Assembly (NCBI GenBank): GCA_963749075.1
Contig: CAVVLJ010000020.1
Location: 831,924 to 895,923 of the forward strand
Direction of reading: 5' to 3'
From: an uncultured Pseudomonadota bacterium
GTDB lineage: Bacteria > Pseudomonadota > Alphaproteobacteria > JACZXZ01
DNA: 64,000 nt
Below are positions 9,993 through 19,314 of the stretch, one piece after another; position 1 is the stretch's first letter, and every line of letters begins with the position of its first letter. The notes under the pieces were generated by a model. It was not told the origin of the DNA, did not search any database, and saw only the letters and a program-made list of their open reading frames with translations. The translations under genes and the position numbers were made by a program.

Positions 9993-10916
9993 ATGCAGCT
10001 CTCCCTCGTCCTCGAGCAGGGCCTGAACGGCGTCCAGTTCGGCGTCATGCTGTTCCTCATGGCGGCCGGGCTCACGCTCGTCTTCGGCATCATGAATCTC
10101 ATCAACCTGGCGCACGGCTCGCTCTACATGATCGGGGCCTATGTCTCGGCCTACGTCTTCCAGGCGAGCGGCTCCTTCCTCCTCGGTGCCGCGGCGGCCC
10201 TCGCCGCGGCACTCGCCGTCGGCATCGTCATCGAGCTCGCGGTGTTCCGCGCGCTCTATGAGCGCGAGCACCTCGACCAGGTGCTTGCCACCTTCGGCCT
10301 CATCCTCTTCTTCGACGAGATGGTGCGCATCATCTGGGGCCCGACCGCGCTCTATGCGAGCGTGCCCGCGGCACTCGCAGGCCAGGTCGAGATCCTGCCG
10401 CATATTCCCTATCCCTCCTACCGGCTCGCCATCATCGCGGTCGGTCTCGCGGTGGCACTCCTCCTCTATCTCCTCGTGGCGAAGACCCGGCTCGGCATGC
10501 TGATCCGCGCCGGTGCTGCGAACCGCGTCATGGTGGCGGCACTCGGCGTCAACGTGCGGCTCCTCTATACCCTCGTCTTCGGCCTGGGTGCGGCACTCGC
10601 GGCACTCTCCGGCCTCATGGCGGGGCCCATCTTCACCGTCGAGTCCGGCATGGGGGAGAGCGTCCTCATCCTCGCCTTCGTGGTCATCGTGATCGGCGGC
10701 ATCGGCTCGATCCGCGGCGCCTTCGTGGCGAGCCTCCTCGTCGGCATCGTCGACACCATGGGCCGCGCCTTCCTCCGCCCACTGCTCGCGACCTTCATGG
10801 CGCCCGCCGCCGCCGACAATACCGGCCCGGCGCTCGCCTCCATGCTGATCTACATCCTGATGGCGACCGTGCTCTTCTTCCGGCCCCAGGGCCTCTTCCC
10901 GCCGCGCGGGCGCTAG
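9993..10916 (+). CDS. Liv-type ABC permease (LivH-like)
   Basis: LNGVQFG..GLTLVFGIMNLINLAHG; TRLGMLIRA; IGGIGSIRGA. Confidence 0.9.
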   Translation: MQLSLVLEQGLNGVQFGVMLFLMAAGLTLVFGIMNLINLAHGSLYMIGAYVSAYVFQASGSFLLGAAAALAAALAVGIVIELAVFRALYEREHLDQVLATFGLILFFDEMVRIIWGPTALYASVPAALAGQVEILPHIPYPSYRLAIIAVGLAVALLLYLLVAKTRLGMLIRAGAANRVMVAALGVNVRLLYTLVFGLGAALAALSGLMAGPIFTVESGMGESVLILAFVVIVIGGIGSIRGAFVASLLVGIVDTMGRAFLRPLLATFMAPAAADNTGPALASMLIYILMATVLFFRPQGLFPPRGR

Positions 10917-10919
10917 GCG

Positions 10920-11873
10920 ATGCGGCTCGGGCGGCGCAGCCTCACCGTGGCGCTCTCGATCGTGGCCCTGGCCGCACTGCCGCCGGTCGCCATTTCATTG
11001 GGCGAGCCCTTCTACCTCGACCTCTTCACCCGCATCCTCATCTTCGCGATCGCAGCGCTCAGCCTCGATCTCATCCTCGGCTACGGCGGCATGGTGAGCT
11101 TCGGCCACGCCGCCTACCTCGGCATCGGCGCCTATGCCGTCGGCATCTTGAGCCATTACGGCCTGACGAACGGGCTCCTCCATTTCGCCACCGCACTCGT
11201 TGCCTCGGCGCTCGCCGCACTCCTCATCGGCGCCGTCTCGCTCCGGACGAGCGGCGTCTATTTCATCATGATCACGCTCGCCTTCAGCCAGATGATCTAT
11301 TTCCTCGGCGTCAGCCTCAATGTCTACGGCGGCGACGACGGCATGAACATCACAGCACACAGCGACTTCGGCCGCCTCCTCGACCTCGACGACGCGGGCA
11401 CGCTCTACTATCTCGTCCTCGCCGTCCTGCTGCTCTTCCTCGTGCTCGGCGAGCGCCTCATGGCCTCGCGCTTCGGCATGGTGATCCGAGGCGTCAAGTC
11501 GAACGAGCGGCGGATGCGCGCGATCGGCTTCCCCACCTTCCGCTACAAGCTCGCCGCCTTCGCCATCTCGGGCGCCATGTGCGGGGTGGCGGGAGCGCTT
11601 CTCGCCAACCTGACGCTTTTCGTCTCGCCATCGATCATGCAGTGGACGCGCTCGGGCGAGGTCATGATCATGGTGATCCTGGGCGGCATGGGCTCGCTCT
11701 TCGGGCCCGTCCTGGGTGCCGTCGCCTTCCTCCTCCTCGAGGAGACCCTCTCCGGCCTCACCACCCACTGGCAGGCGATCCTCGGCCCGATCCTCATCCT
11801 CGTCGTGCTCTTCGCCAGGCGCGGCCTCTTCGGCCTCTTGGCCGGCCCTGCTGCGGGTGCCGCCCGTGGCTGA
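10920..11873 (+). CDS. Liv-type ABC permease (LivM-like)
   Basis: LILGYGGMVSFGHAAY; YFIMITLAF; ILGGMGSLFGP. Confidence 0.9.
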   Translation: MRLGRRSLTVALSIVALAALPPVAISLGEPFYLDLFTRILIFAIAALSLDLILGYGGMVSFGHAAYLGIGAYAVGILSHYGLTNGLLHFATALVASALAALLIGAVSLRTSGVYFIMITLAFSQMIYFLGVSLNVYGGDDGMNITAHSDFGRLLDLDDAGTLYYLVLAVLLLFLVLGERLMASRFGMVIRGVKSNERRMRAIGFPTFRYKLAAFAISGAMCGVAGALLANLTLFVSPSIMQWTRSGEVMIMVILGGMGSLFGPVLGAVAFLLLEETLSGLTTHWQAILGPILILVVLFARRGLFGLLAGPAAGAARG

Positions 11874-12617
11874 GGCGCTCCTCGAGGTCGATTCGCTCGT
11901 CAAGCGCTTTGGCGGCCTGGTCGCCACCGACCGGTTCTCCCTCGCACTGCCCGAAGGCGAGCTCCATGCCGTCATCGGGCCGAACGGCGCCGGCAAGACC
12001 ACGCTCCTCGCCCAGCTCGCGGGCGAGCTCGCCGCCGACGAGGGCACCATCCGCTTCGCGGGCTCGGACGTGACGCGCCTCTCCGTCCACGCCCGCGCGC
12101 GCCGCGGGCTCGCCCGCTCGTTCCAGATCACCAGCATCTTCCGCGAGTTCACCGCCCTCGACAATGTGGCGCTCGCGGTGCAGGCCCATGCCGGGCACAG
12201 CTTCCGCTTCTGGCGCCGCGCGCGGGCGGAGGCGGCGCTCTACGAGCCCGCCGCCGCGGTGCTCGCCCAAGTGGGCCTCGCGGCGCGCGCCCAAGTGCCG
12301 GCGGCGACCCTCGCCCACGGCGAGCAAAGGGCGCTCGAGATCGCCATGGCGCTCGCGGCGCGGCCGCGCCTTCTCCTCCTCGACGAGCCCATGGCGGGCA
12401 TGGGGCCCGAGGATTCGGCGCGCATGGTGCGCCTGCTCGGGAGCCTCAAGGGCAAGCTCACCATCCTCCTCGTCGAGCACGACATGGATGCGGTCTTCGC
12501 CCTCGCCGACCGCATCACCGTGCTCGTCTACGGACGCGCCATCGCCACCGGGGCACCCCAGGCGATCCGCAGCAACGCGGAGGTGCGCCAGGCCTATCTC
12601 GGCGAGGAGGTTGGGCC

Positions 12618-12621
<4 letters not shown>
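11866..12621 (+). CDS. Liv-type ABC ATPase (LivG-like)
   Basis: GTG start overlapping the permease stop; GPNGAGKTT, LLLLDEP, VEHDM, AYLG. Confidence 0.9.
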
Positions 12622-13322
<701 letters not shown>

Positions 13323-13578
13323 CCGCGACCGGGAGCGCGGAGGCGGCCGCATCCCAATCCCGATGGAGGGGCGAGGCCGCTTGACAAGCGACCCGGACGA
13401 GCGTCTGCAGTTGAGGCCAAGACGGACTCGACGCGGACATGGCATTTGGGCTTTCGATGATCCGAGGCGGACGTTCCGTCGAGCGAGGCGAAAGGCCACA
13501 TGGCCGGCCACGGCCTGCTCGATTGGGGGAGGAGATTATCGTGGTGCATCGGAGCCGACGGTTGCCGGAACGAGCGCT

Positions 13579-14403
13579 ATGACGACGAAATCCGTTCGAG
13601 ACGCCGCTGGCAAGCCGTTCAGCGGAAGGCTGCGATGGTGGCGTACCCATCGTGGATTGTCCCAGCTCGCGCTAGCCCATGCCGCAGGTATTTCGCAGCG
13701 TCACGTCAGCTTTCTCGAGTTGGGGCGTACCGACCCGAGCCGGGAAATGGTGGTTCTTCTCGGATCGGCCCTCAATGTGCCGCTCGGTCAACAGAATGCC
13801 ATGCTGCTGGCCGCGGGCTTCGCGCCGATCTGGCGCGAAAGCGACCTCGCAGCACCGGAGCTTGCGCAGGTCAATAGGGCACTCGATTTCATGCTCTCGC
13901 AGCAGGAGCCCTACCCGGCCGTGGTCGTGGATCGCAGATGGAACCTGCTTCGCGCCAATGGAGGTGCCGAACGGCTGACGGAGTTTCTGACCGGCCCCGT
14001 GGCGGCCGCGAGTACCGAGGCGATCAATCTCGCCGAATGGCTGCTCTCTCCGACGGGCGCTCGGCCGCTCCTGGTCAACTGGCAGGAGGTCGCGCTGCAT
14101 CTGGTGCGCAGCGTCGAAGCCGATGCCCTGACGGATGGCACCGCGGAGTCATCGGCCCTCTTGCAGCGTCTCTTTGCGCTTCCGGGTATCCCGAGGGCCA
14201 GCGCGCAGATCCCCTTGGTCGAGCCGTTCGCTCCGGTCCTCACGATGCATTTCCGCAAGAATGACATCTCGCTGCGTCTGTTCACGACGATCGCCACCCT
14301 GGGCACGCCGCAGCATGTCACCTTGCAGGAGCTGCGCATCGAGTGCTTCTTTCCGGCGGATCTGCAGTCCGATCGATTGCTCCGCTCTTGGGGACCAAGC
14401 TAG
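13579..14403 (+). CDS. XRE-family HTH regulator with MmyB-like ligand-binding domain
   Basis: LRWWR..GLSQLALA..ISQRHVSFLELGR; EPYPAVVVDRRWN; TLQELRIECFFPAD. Confidence 0.88.
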   Translation: MTTKSVRDAAGKPFSGRLRWWRTHRGLSQLALAHAAGISQRHVSFLELGRTDPSREMVVLLGSALNVPLGQQNAMLLAAGFAPIWRESDLAAPELAQVNRALDFMLSQQEPYPAVVVDRRWNLLRANGGAERLTEFLTGPVAAASTEAINLAEWLLSPTGARPLLVNWQEVALHLVRSVEADALTDGTAESSALLQRLFALPGIPRASAQIPLVEPFAPVLTMHFRKNDISLRLFTTIATLGTPQHVTLQELRIECFFPADLQSDRLLRSWGPS

Positions 14404-14412
14404 GTGCCAAGC

Positions 14413-15331
14413 TCATTCCATCTTCAGTCGGCAGCCTGAGTCGCGCGTGGAAGGCCGCGCCGACGCGTCGGTTGATGCGATCCATATGCCGATGAAGACG
14501 GCAACCACGCCGAGGAGAAGATTGAAGCCGACCGGCTCGCCCAGAAGGATCGCGGCAAGGATGGAGGCCGTCACCGGATTCACGGTGAGCGTGCTGGCGA
14601 CCCGCGTGGGGGTCGTCCGCTCCAAGGCGGACACCCAGAGAAAGAAGGACAGGGCGCTTCCGACCAGTCCCAGATAGAGAATGGCTATCCATTGCGGTTT
14701 GCCGAACTCTGCGACAATTGCAAATCCGCCGGTAAACCAGGCGATAGCGCCGAGCAAAGCAGCACCGGCGCCCATCGTCGCCGTGACATATGCCAATGGT
14801 CCGGATCGTGCAATAAACGGCCGGGACCAGACGTTGTAAAGCGCCATGCACGTGGCCGCTGCAATCATGATGAGGTCGCCTCGCCATGCGTCCGTGGGAG
14901 CCACCGCGAGACCCGTCACCAGAGCGATTGCCACGCCTCCGATCGCCACCAGCACACCCGTCGCTTTGCGCACGGTAAGGCGCTCAACACCGAGCACTGC
15001 ACCGGCGATCATCGTCAATAGCGGCAACGTCGACATGGCAAGAGCCCCTCGCGCAGCCGTCGTGTAGACGAGCGCGGTATTGAACAACGCGAAGCACATG
15101 CCGAAGAACAGGAAGCCCAGCGAGACGACCCGGATCCAGTCGCCGCCGCGCGGCCATCGAGCTCTTAGGCAGAGGGCCACCGGCAGGAGAAAGATTGCCC
15201 CCGACCCGAAGCGCAGCGCGGCAAGTGCAATTGGATCCGTCGTCGCGACCATGAATCGGATCAAGGCTGTGACGGTTCCGCCAATTGCGCTTGACGCGAT
15301 GGCCATCAAGACTTCCGCTATGCTCCCTCAC
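14413..15331 (-). CDS. DMT/EamA family transporter; apparent +1 frameshift near 15313
   Basis: Ten-TM EamA pattern. GTG at 15331 with AGGGAG RBS reads MREHSG, and removing one A joins it to VLMAIASSAIGGT. Confidence 0.8.
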
Positions 15332-15538
15332 GGCGGCTCCCTATAGCGCGGTTCGACCGACGTAGCTTTACCGCTACAACGACGGAACGGGAGCCGACAG
15401 TGCCGGAGCGGCGCTCTCCAGATCAATTACGCGGGAAGTAATAAAATGGGAGGGCGGGGTTGGCCGCGGCGGGGCGGGGCGCCCGGTCGCATCGTACCGC
15501 GCGGCTGCGACGACGGCCGCCAAGGGCGAGGGAGGGCC

Positions 15539-15949
15539 TCAGTTCGAAGGTTGGCTCGGCTGCGCACGCCGAGCCGCGCGCTCCTGGAGGATCGCCGCAG
15601 TCGCCGTTTCCCGCTCGAATTCCACCGTGTTGGCGTCGAATCTTCGGCGCGCTTCCGGGTCGAGGCCGCGTCCATACGCCTCTTGGTAGGCGGAGAACTG
15701 GGCGACGCAGAGCGGCTCTATCTCGTAGGCAATGCTGGCGGCGTCGACATTGCCGTCATCGACAATCCGCGCGGAATCCCGCAAGCACGAGATGTAGGAT
15801 TTTTCCGCCTGGCTTTTTTCCTGATCCGTCGCCGGCGGCGTCGATGACGAAGCGCATGCGGCGAGCAAGCATGCGATAAAGCCCCAGGCAGCGCCGACGC
15901 GCGCCCACGCGCGGATTTGACGCCCTGCGCTCGCGATCGTCACGCGCAT
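15539..15949 (-). CDS. Hypothetical lipoprotein
   Basis: Basic N-terminus, hydrophobic stretch and lipobox LLAAC; two further Cys residues. Confidence 0.55.
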   Translation of the reverse strand: MRVTIASAGRQIRAWARVGAAWGFIACLLAACASSSTPPATDQEKSQAEKSYISCLRDSARIVDDGNVDAASIAYEIEPLCVAQFSAYQEAYGRGLDPEARRRFDANTVEFERETATAAILQERAARRAQPSQPSN

Positions 15950-15965
15950 GCACCCGTCACGCTGC

Positions 15966-16007
15966 GATTCCGCATTTGGGATTCCGCATTTGGGCTTTCG
16001 CATTTCG
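15966..16007. repeat. 14-bp tandem direct repeat (2 exact + 1 degenerate)
   Basis: GATTCCGCATTTGG GATTCCGCATTTGG GCTTTCGCATTTCG. Confidence 0.8.
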
Positions 16008-16072
16008 CGGCATCTTACGCCATAGTCGCCAAATTCAGCCCGGCTCGTCTATCGGAGAGGCGCTCACTCGCA

Positions 16073-16432
16073 CTAGGCGTGGGGCGATGCCGGCGCGCCT
16101 GCCGCCGCCGCCGCGCGTGCCCGCAAGGCCGCCGCTGCGAGGGCGAGGGCCGCCGTCCGCGCCCGCCCCTCAAAGCCGCCGACCCGCGCCTCCGGCCCGC
16201 GCAGGGCGCTGAGCTGCCAGGGCGTCCCCGTGGGGGCGAGCGTCAAGGCGGCATCGATCGAGCGCGTGAAGGCGCAGTGCGCCGGGACGCCCGCCTCCAG
16301 GCTGAGCCAGAGCCCGACCCGGCGCGGATAGGGCTCCGCCGTAAGGGCTATTTTGATGTCGAGCTCCCGGCTGCCGTCGCCCGCCGCTTCGAGCTCGCTC
16401 GCCAGGGCCAAGAGGTCGGGCTCTGTCGTCAT
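16073..16432 (-). CDS. Small hypothetical protein resembling the phage ABA-sandwich family
   Basis: LEAA..SRELD..IA...FTRSIDAALTL.P...W...TAALALAAAALRAR pattern; AAGGAGAG RBS. Confidence 0.55.
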   Translation of the reverse strand: MTTEPDLLALASELEAAGDGSRELDIKIALTAEPYPRRVGLWLSLEAGVPAHCAFTRSIDAALTLAPTGTPWQLSALRGPEARVGGFEGRARTAALALAAAALRARAAAAAGAPASPHA

Positions 16433-16656
16433 CGCCGCTCTCCTTCTTAAGCTCAATTAGCTTGATCCGCGATTGTATCAGCGGCCTGCCACCGAGTATG
16501 TGGCCGCGAGGCGCCCTTTTGCCACCCTCGCGACGATAGATGCGGCTCGGGCGCGCTAACGGGCGGGCAATGCCTGCTGCCAGCAGCGGCTGAGCGCAAT
16601 CATGGCGTGCGGCGAGCAGCTGTGGCAGAATCGCCGCAAAGTTGCGGGAGAGCCCC

Positions 16657-19161
16657 ATGGCTGTCTTGCTTCGCGACAGTTGCGCCGGGCGCAACGCCTT
16701 CATTCTTGTTGCGGCGATTTGGCTCGCCTTCTCCGCTTGGCCCGCCGCGGCCCAGGCGGAGGCCGAGCGCCGGGTGGCGCTCGTCATCGGCAACAGCGCC
16801 TATCGCAAGGTGGAGCGGCTCGACAATCCGCTGCGCGACGCGCGGGACGTTGCGGCGGCGCTGCGCAAGACGGGGTTCGAGCTGGTCGGCGGGGGGGCGC
16901 AGCTCGACCTCGACAAGCGCGGCATGGAGCAGGCGATCCGCAGCTTCGGGCGGAGCCTCGAGCGCGGTGCCGTCGGCCTCTTCTACTATTCCGGCCATGG
17001 CCTCGAGGTCGACGGGCACAATTATCTCGTCCCCGTCGACGCCGATCCCAAGGAGAGCGCCGACGTGGACTTCGAGCTCGTCGACGTGGGGCTCCTGCTC
17101 AAGCAGGTGAGAAACGCCAACAACCGCCTGAGCATGATCGTGCTCGACGCCTGCCGCATCAACCCCTTCGGCGGTCGCGGCCTGCGCGCGGTCGGCACCG
17201 GCCTCGCCGAGATCAAGGACCGGCCATCGGGGACGATCATCAGCTATGCGACGGCACCCGGCAAGGTCGCGGCAGACGGGCCGCCTGGCGCCAACAGCCC
17301 CTATACGGCGGCCTTCCTCGACGCGGTGCGGCGGCCCGGGCTCGACGTGCTCGAGGTCTTCAACGAGGTCTCGGTCTCGGTCGAGAACGAGACCAAGGGC
17401 GAGCAGCAGCCCTGGACCGGCATGACGGCGATCCGCGGCCAGTTCTTCTTCGTGCCGCCGGCCTCGACCGCGACGGCCGCGCCGCCGCCGCCGCCCGGCC
17501 CGGCCTCGTCCGAGGCGGCGGAGATGATGCTGTGGTCGAGCGTCAAGGACAGCCGCGACCCGGCCAAGATCCAGGCCTATCTGGACCAGTTCCCGCAAGG
17601 CACCTTCGCCGGTTTGGCGAAGGTGATGATCGGAGAGCTGAAGCGCAACCAGATGGCGGCCCTCGCGGCGAGGCCCGAGGCGCCGGCCGCGGCCGCTCCG
17701 AGCGCAGCAGCCCCGGCCGAGGCCGCCCCCGCGGCGCCCGAGCCGGCACCGGGGAAGCGCCCGCCCCAGACCGCATCCCTGCCGCCCGCCGCCGCCCTGC
17801 CGCTTCCCTTGCCGGTGCCCAAGCCAGCGGCACCTGTAGCCGCGGCGCCGGCGCCAGCCGCCAAGCCCGAGACGCCGGCGTCTTTGACTCTGGCCAGGCC
17901 GCCCTCCCAGGTGGGGCAGCGCGCGCCTGTCCAAAGCCCGGATGTCGATCTCTACCTCAAAGAGATGCGCGACAACATTTTCGGCAACCTCGTCTATCCC
18001 GATGCCGCGCGCGAGCGCGGCCTCGCCGGAGCCGCTAAGTACGAGCTGGTCGTCGACCGCGATGGACAGCTGCTCGATGTTCGCCTCGCGCGCTCGTCGG
18101 GTTCCGACATTCTCGACCGGGCCGGCCGGCAGGCCGTCGAGCTCTCAGCACCCTTCGAGCCGGTGCCGGCCGAGGTCAGCGGCGATAAGATCGGCCTGCT
18201 GCTGACGCTTTATATCGGGCCTGAAGCGCCGGAGCGCTCCGTTGAATTGGTCTTGAGCGATGTGGAGCACGGCAAACCTGCAGTGCGCGGCAATCCGCCG
18301 CCTTTGCCCGCAGAGGAGACAGCACCGCAGCAGAAGGCAGAGGCGGCGGCGCCCATCCCGGAGTCGGCAATTTCGGCGGAAGAGGCGCGTCGGAAAGGCG
18401 TGGAAGCCGCAAAAAGCAAAGATTACGGCGAAGCCATGCGTTGGTTCCGCAAGGCCGCCGATGAGGGGAACGCGGTGGCGCAGAACGACGTCGGATTTCT
18501 TTATCAGAATGGTTGGGGCGTGCCGCAGGACTATGCTGAAGCCATGCGTTGGTTCCGCAAGGCCGCCGATCAGGGGAATGCTCACGCGCAGAACAACGTC
18601 GGATTTCTTTACTATAATGGTTGGGGCGTGCCGCAGGACTATGCCGAAGCCATGCGTTGGCAGCGCAACGCTGCCGATCAGGGGTATGCGGCGGCGCAGG
18701 TCAACGTTGGAGCTTTTTACCAAAACGCCTGGGGCGTGCCGAAGGACTATGCCGAAGCCATGCGTTGGTACCGCAGGGCCTCCGATCAGGGGTATGCTCA
18801 GGCGCAGAGCAACATCGGACTTCTTTACCAGAAGGGTTGGGGCGTCTCGCAGGACTATGCCGAAGCCATGCGTTGGTATCGCAAGGCCGCCGATCAGGGA
18901 AATACCTATGGGCAGAACTACATCGGACTTCTTTACCAGAACGGTTGGGGCGTGTCGCCGGACTTTGCCGAAGCCATACGCTGGTTCCGCATGGCTGCCG
19001 ACCATGGAAATACGTGGGCGCAGAACAACATCGGATATCTTTACCAGAAAGGTCTGGGCGTGCCGCAGGACTATGCCCAGGCACGTAACTGGTACGCGCT
19101 GGCAGCTGCGCACGGCAATCAGACAGCCAAGGAAAATTTGAGACACCTTCCCGACAAATGA
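16657..19161 (+). CDS. Secreted caspase-family (C14) protein fused to a TonB C-terminal domain and SEL1-like repeats
   Basis: Signal peptide; RVALVIGNSAY; catalytic YSGHG and LDACR; Pro/Ala linker; YPDAARERGLAG..RSSGSDILDRA (TonB_C); six full 36-aa SEL1 repeats. Confidence 0.85.
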   Translation: MAVLLRDSCAGRNAFILVAAIWLAFSAWPAAAQAEAERRVALVIGNSAYRKVERLDNPLRDARDVAAALRKTGFELVGGGAQLDLDKRGMEQAIRSFGRSLERGAVGLFYYSGHGLEVDGHNYLVPVDADPKESADVDFELVDVGLLLKQVRNANNRLSMIVLDACRINPFGGRGLRAVGTGLAEIKDRPSGTIISYATAPGKVAADGPPGANSPYTAAFLDAVRRPGLDVLEVFNEVSVSVENETKGEQQPWTGMTAIRGQFFFVPPASTATAAPPPPPGPASSEAAEMMLWSSVKDSRDPAKIQAYLDQFPQGTFAGLAKVMIGELKRNQMAALAARPEAPAAAAPSAAAPAEAAPAAPEPAPGKRPPQTASLPPAAALPLPLPVPKPAAPVAAAPAPAAKPETPASLTLARPPSQVGQRAPVQSPDVDLYLKEMRDNIFGNLVYPDAARERGLAGAAKYELVVDRDGQLLDVRLARSSGSDILDRAGRQAVELSAPFEPVPAEVSGDKIGLLLTLYIGPEAPERSVELVLSDVEHGKPAVRGNPPPLPAEETAPQQKAEAAAPIPESAISAEEARRKGVEAAKSKDYGEAMRWFRKAADEGNAVAQNDVGFLYQNGWGVPQDYAEAMRWFRKAADQGNAHAQNNVGFLYYNGWGVPQDYAEAMRWQRNAADQGYAAAQVNVGAFYQNAWGVPKDYAEAMRWYRRASDQGYAQAQSNIGLLYQKGWGVSQDYAEAMRWYRKAADQGNTYGQNYIGLLYQNGWGVSPDFAEAIRWFRMAADHGNTWAQNNIGYLYQKGLGVPQDYAQARNWYALAAAHGNQTAKENLRHLPDK
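18421..19120 (+). repeat. 108-bp intragenic tandem repeats encoding SEL1 units
   Basis: GCCATGCGTTGG at 18433, 18541, 18649, 18757 and 18865, with a variant at 18973. Confidence 0.9.
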
Positions 19162-19251
19162 GCGTTTCGCCGATGATCTTCAAATCCGTGCGCATCAATG
19201 AGCGCGAAGGCGGGGAACGGGAACCCAGAGCTAAGTGACGAGCGGCCGCTC

Positions 19252-19314
19252 CTGGACCCCGGCTTTCGCCGGGGTGACGGCGGGGGTGTTCCAGCCGATC
19301 GGACTCCGCTCTAG
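19252..19314. repeat. REP-like hairpin plus CTAGAGC-type repeat end between convergent genes
   Basis: CTGGACCCCGGCTTTCGCCGGGGTGAC hairpin, then GTTCCAGCCGATCGGACTCCGCTCTAG, whose terminal CTAG overlaps the stop codon of the adjacent minus-strand gene. Confidence 0.6.

Noticed and set aside
18421-19120. Regularly spaced repeats resembling a CRISPR array
   Set aside because: The 108-bp period is in frame and encodes SEL1 units; the intervening sequences are homologous and no cas genes are present.
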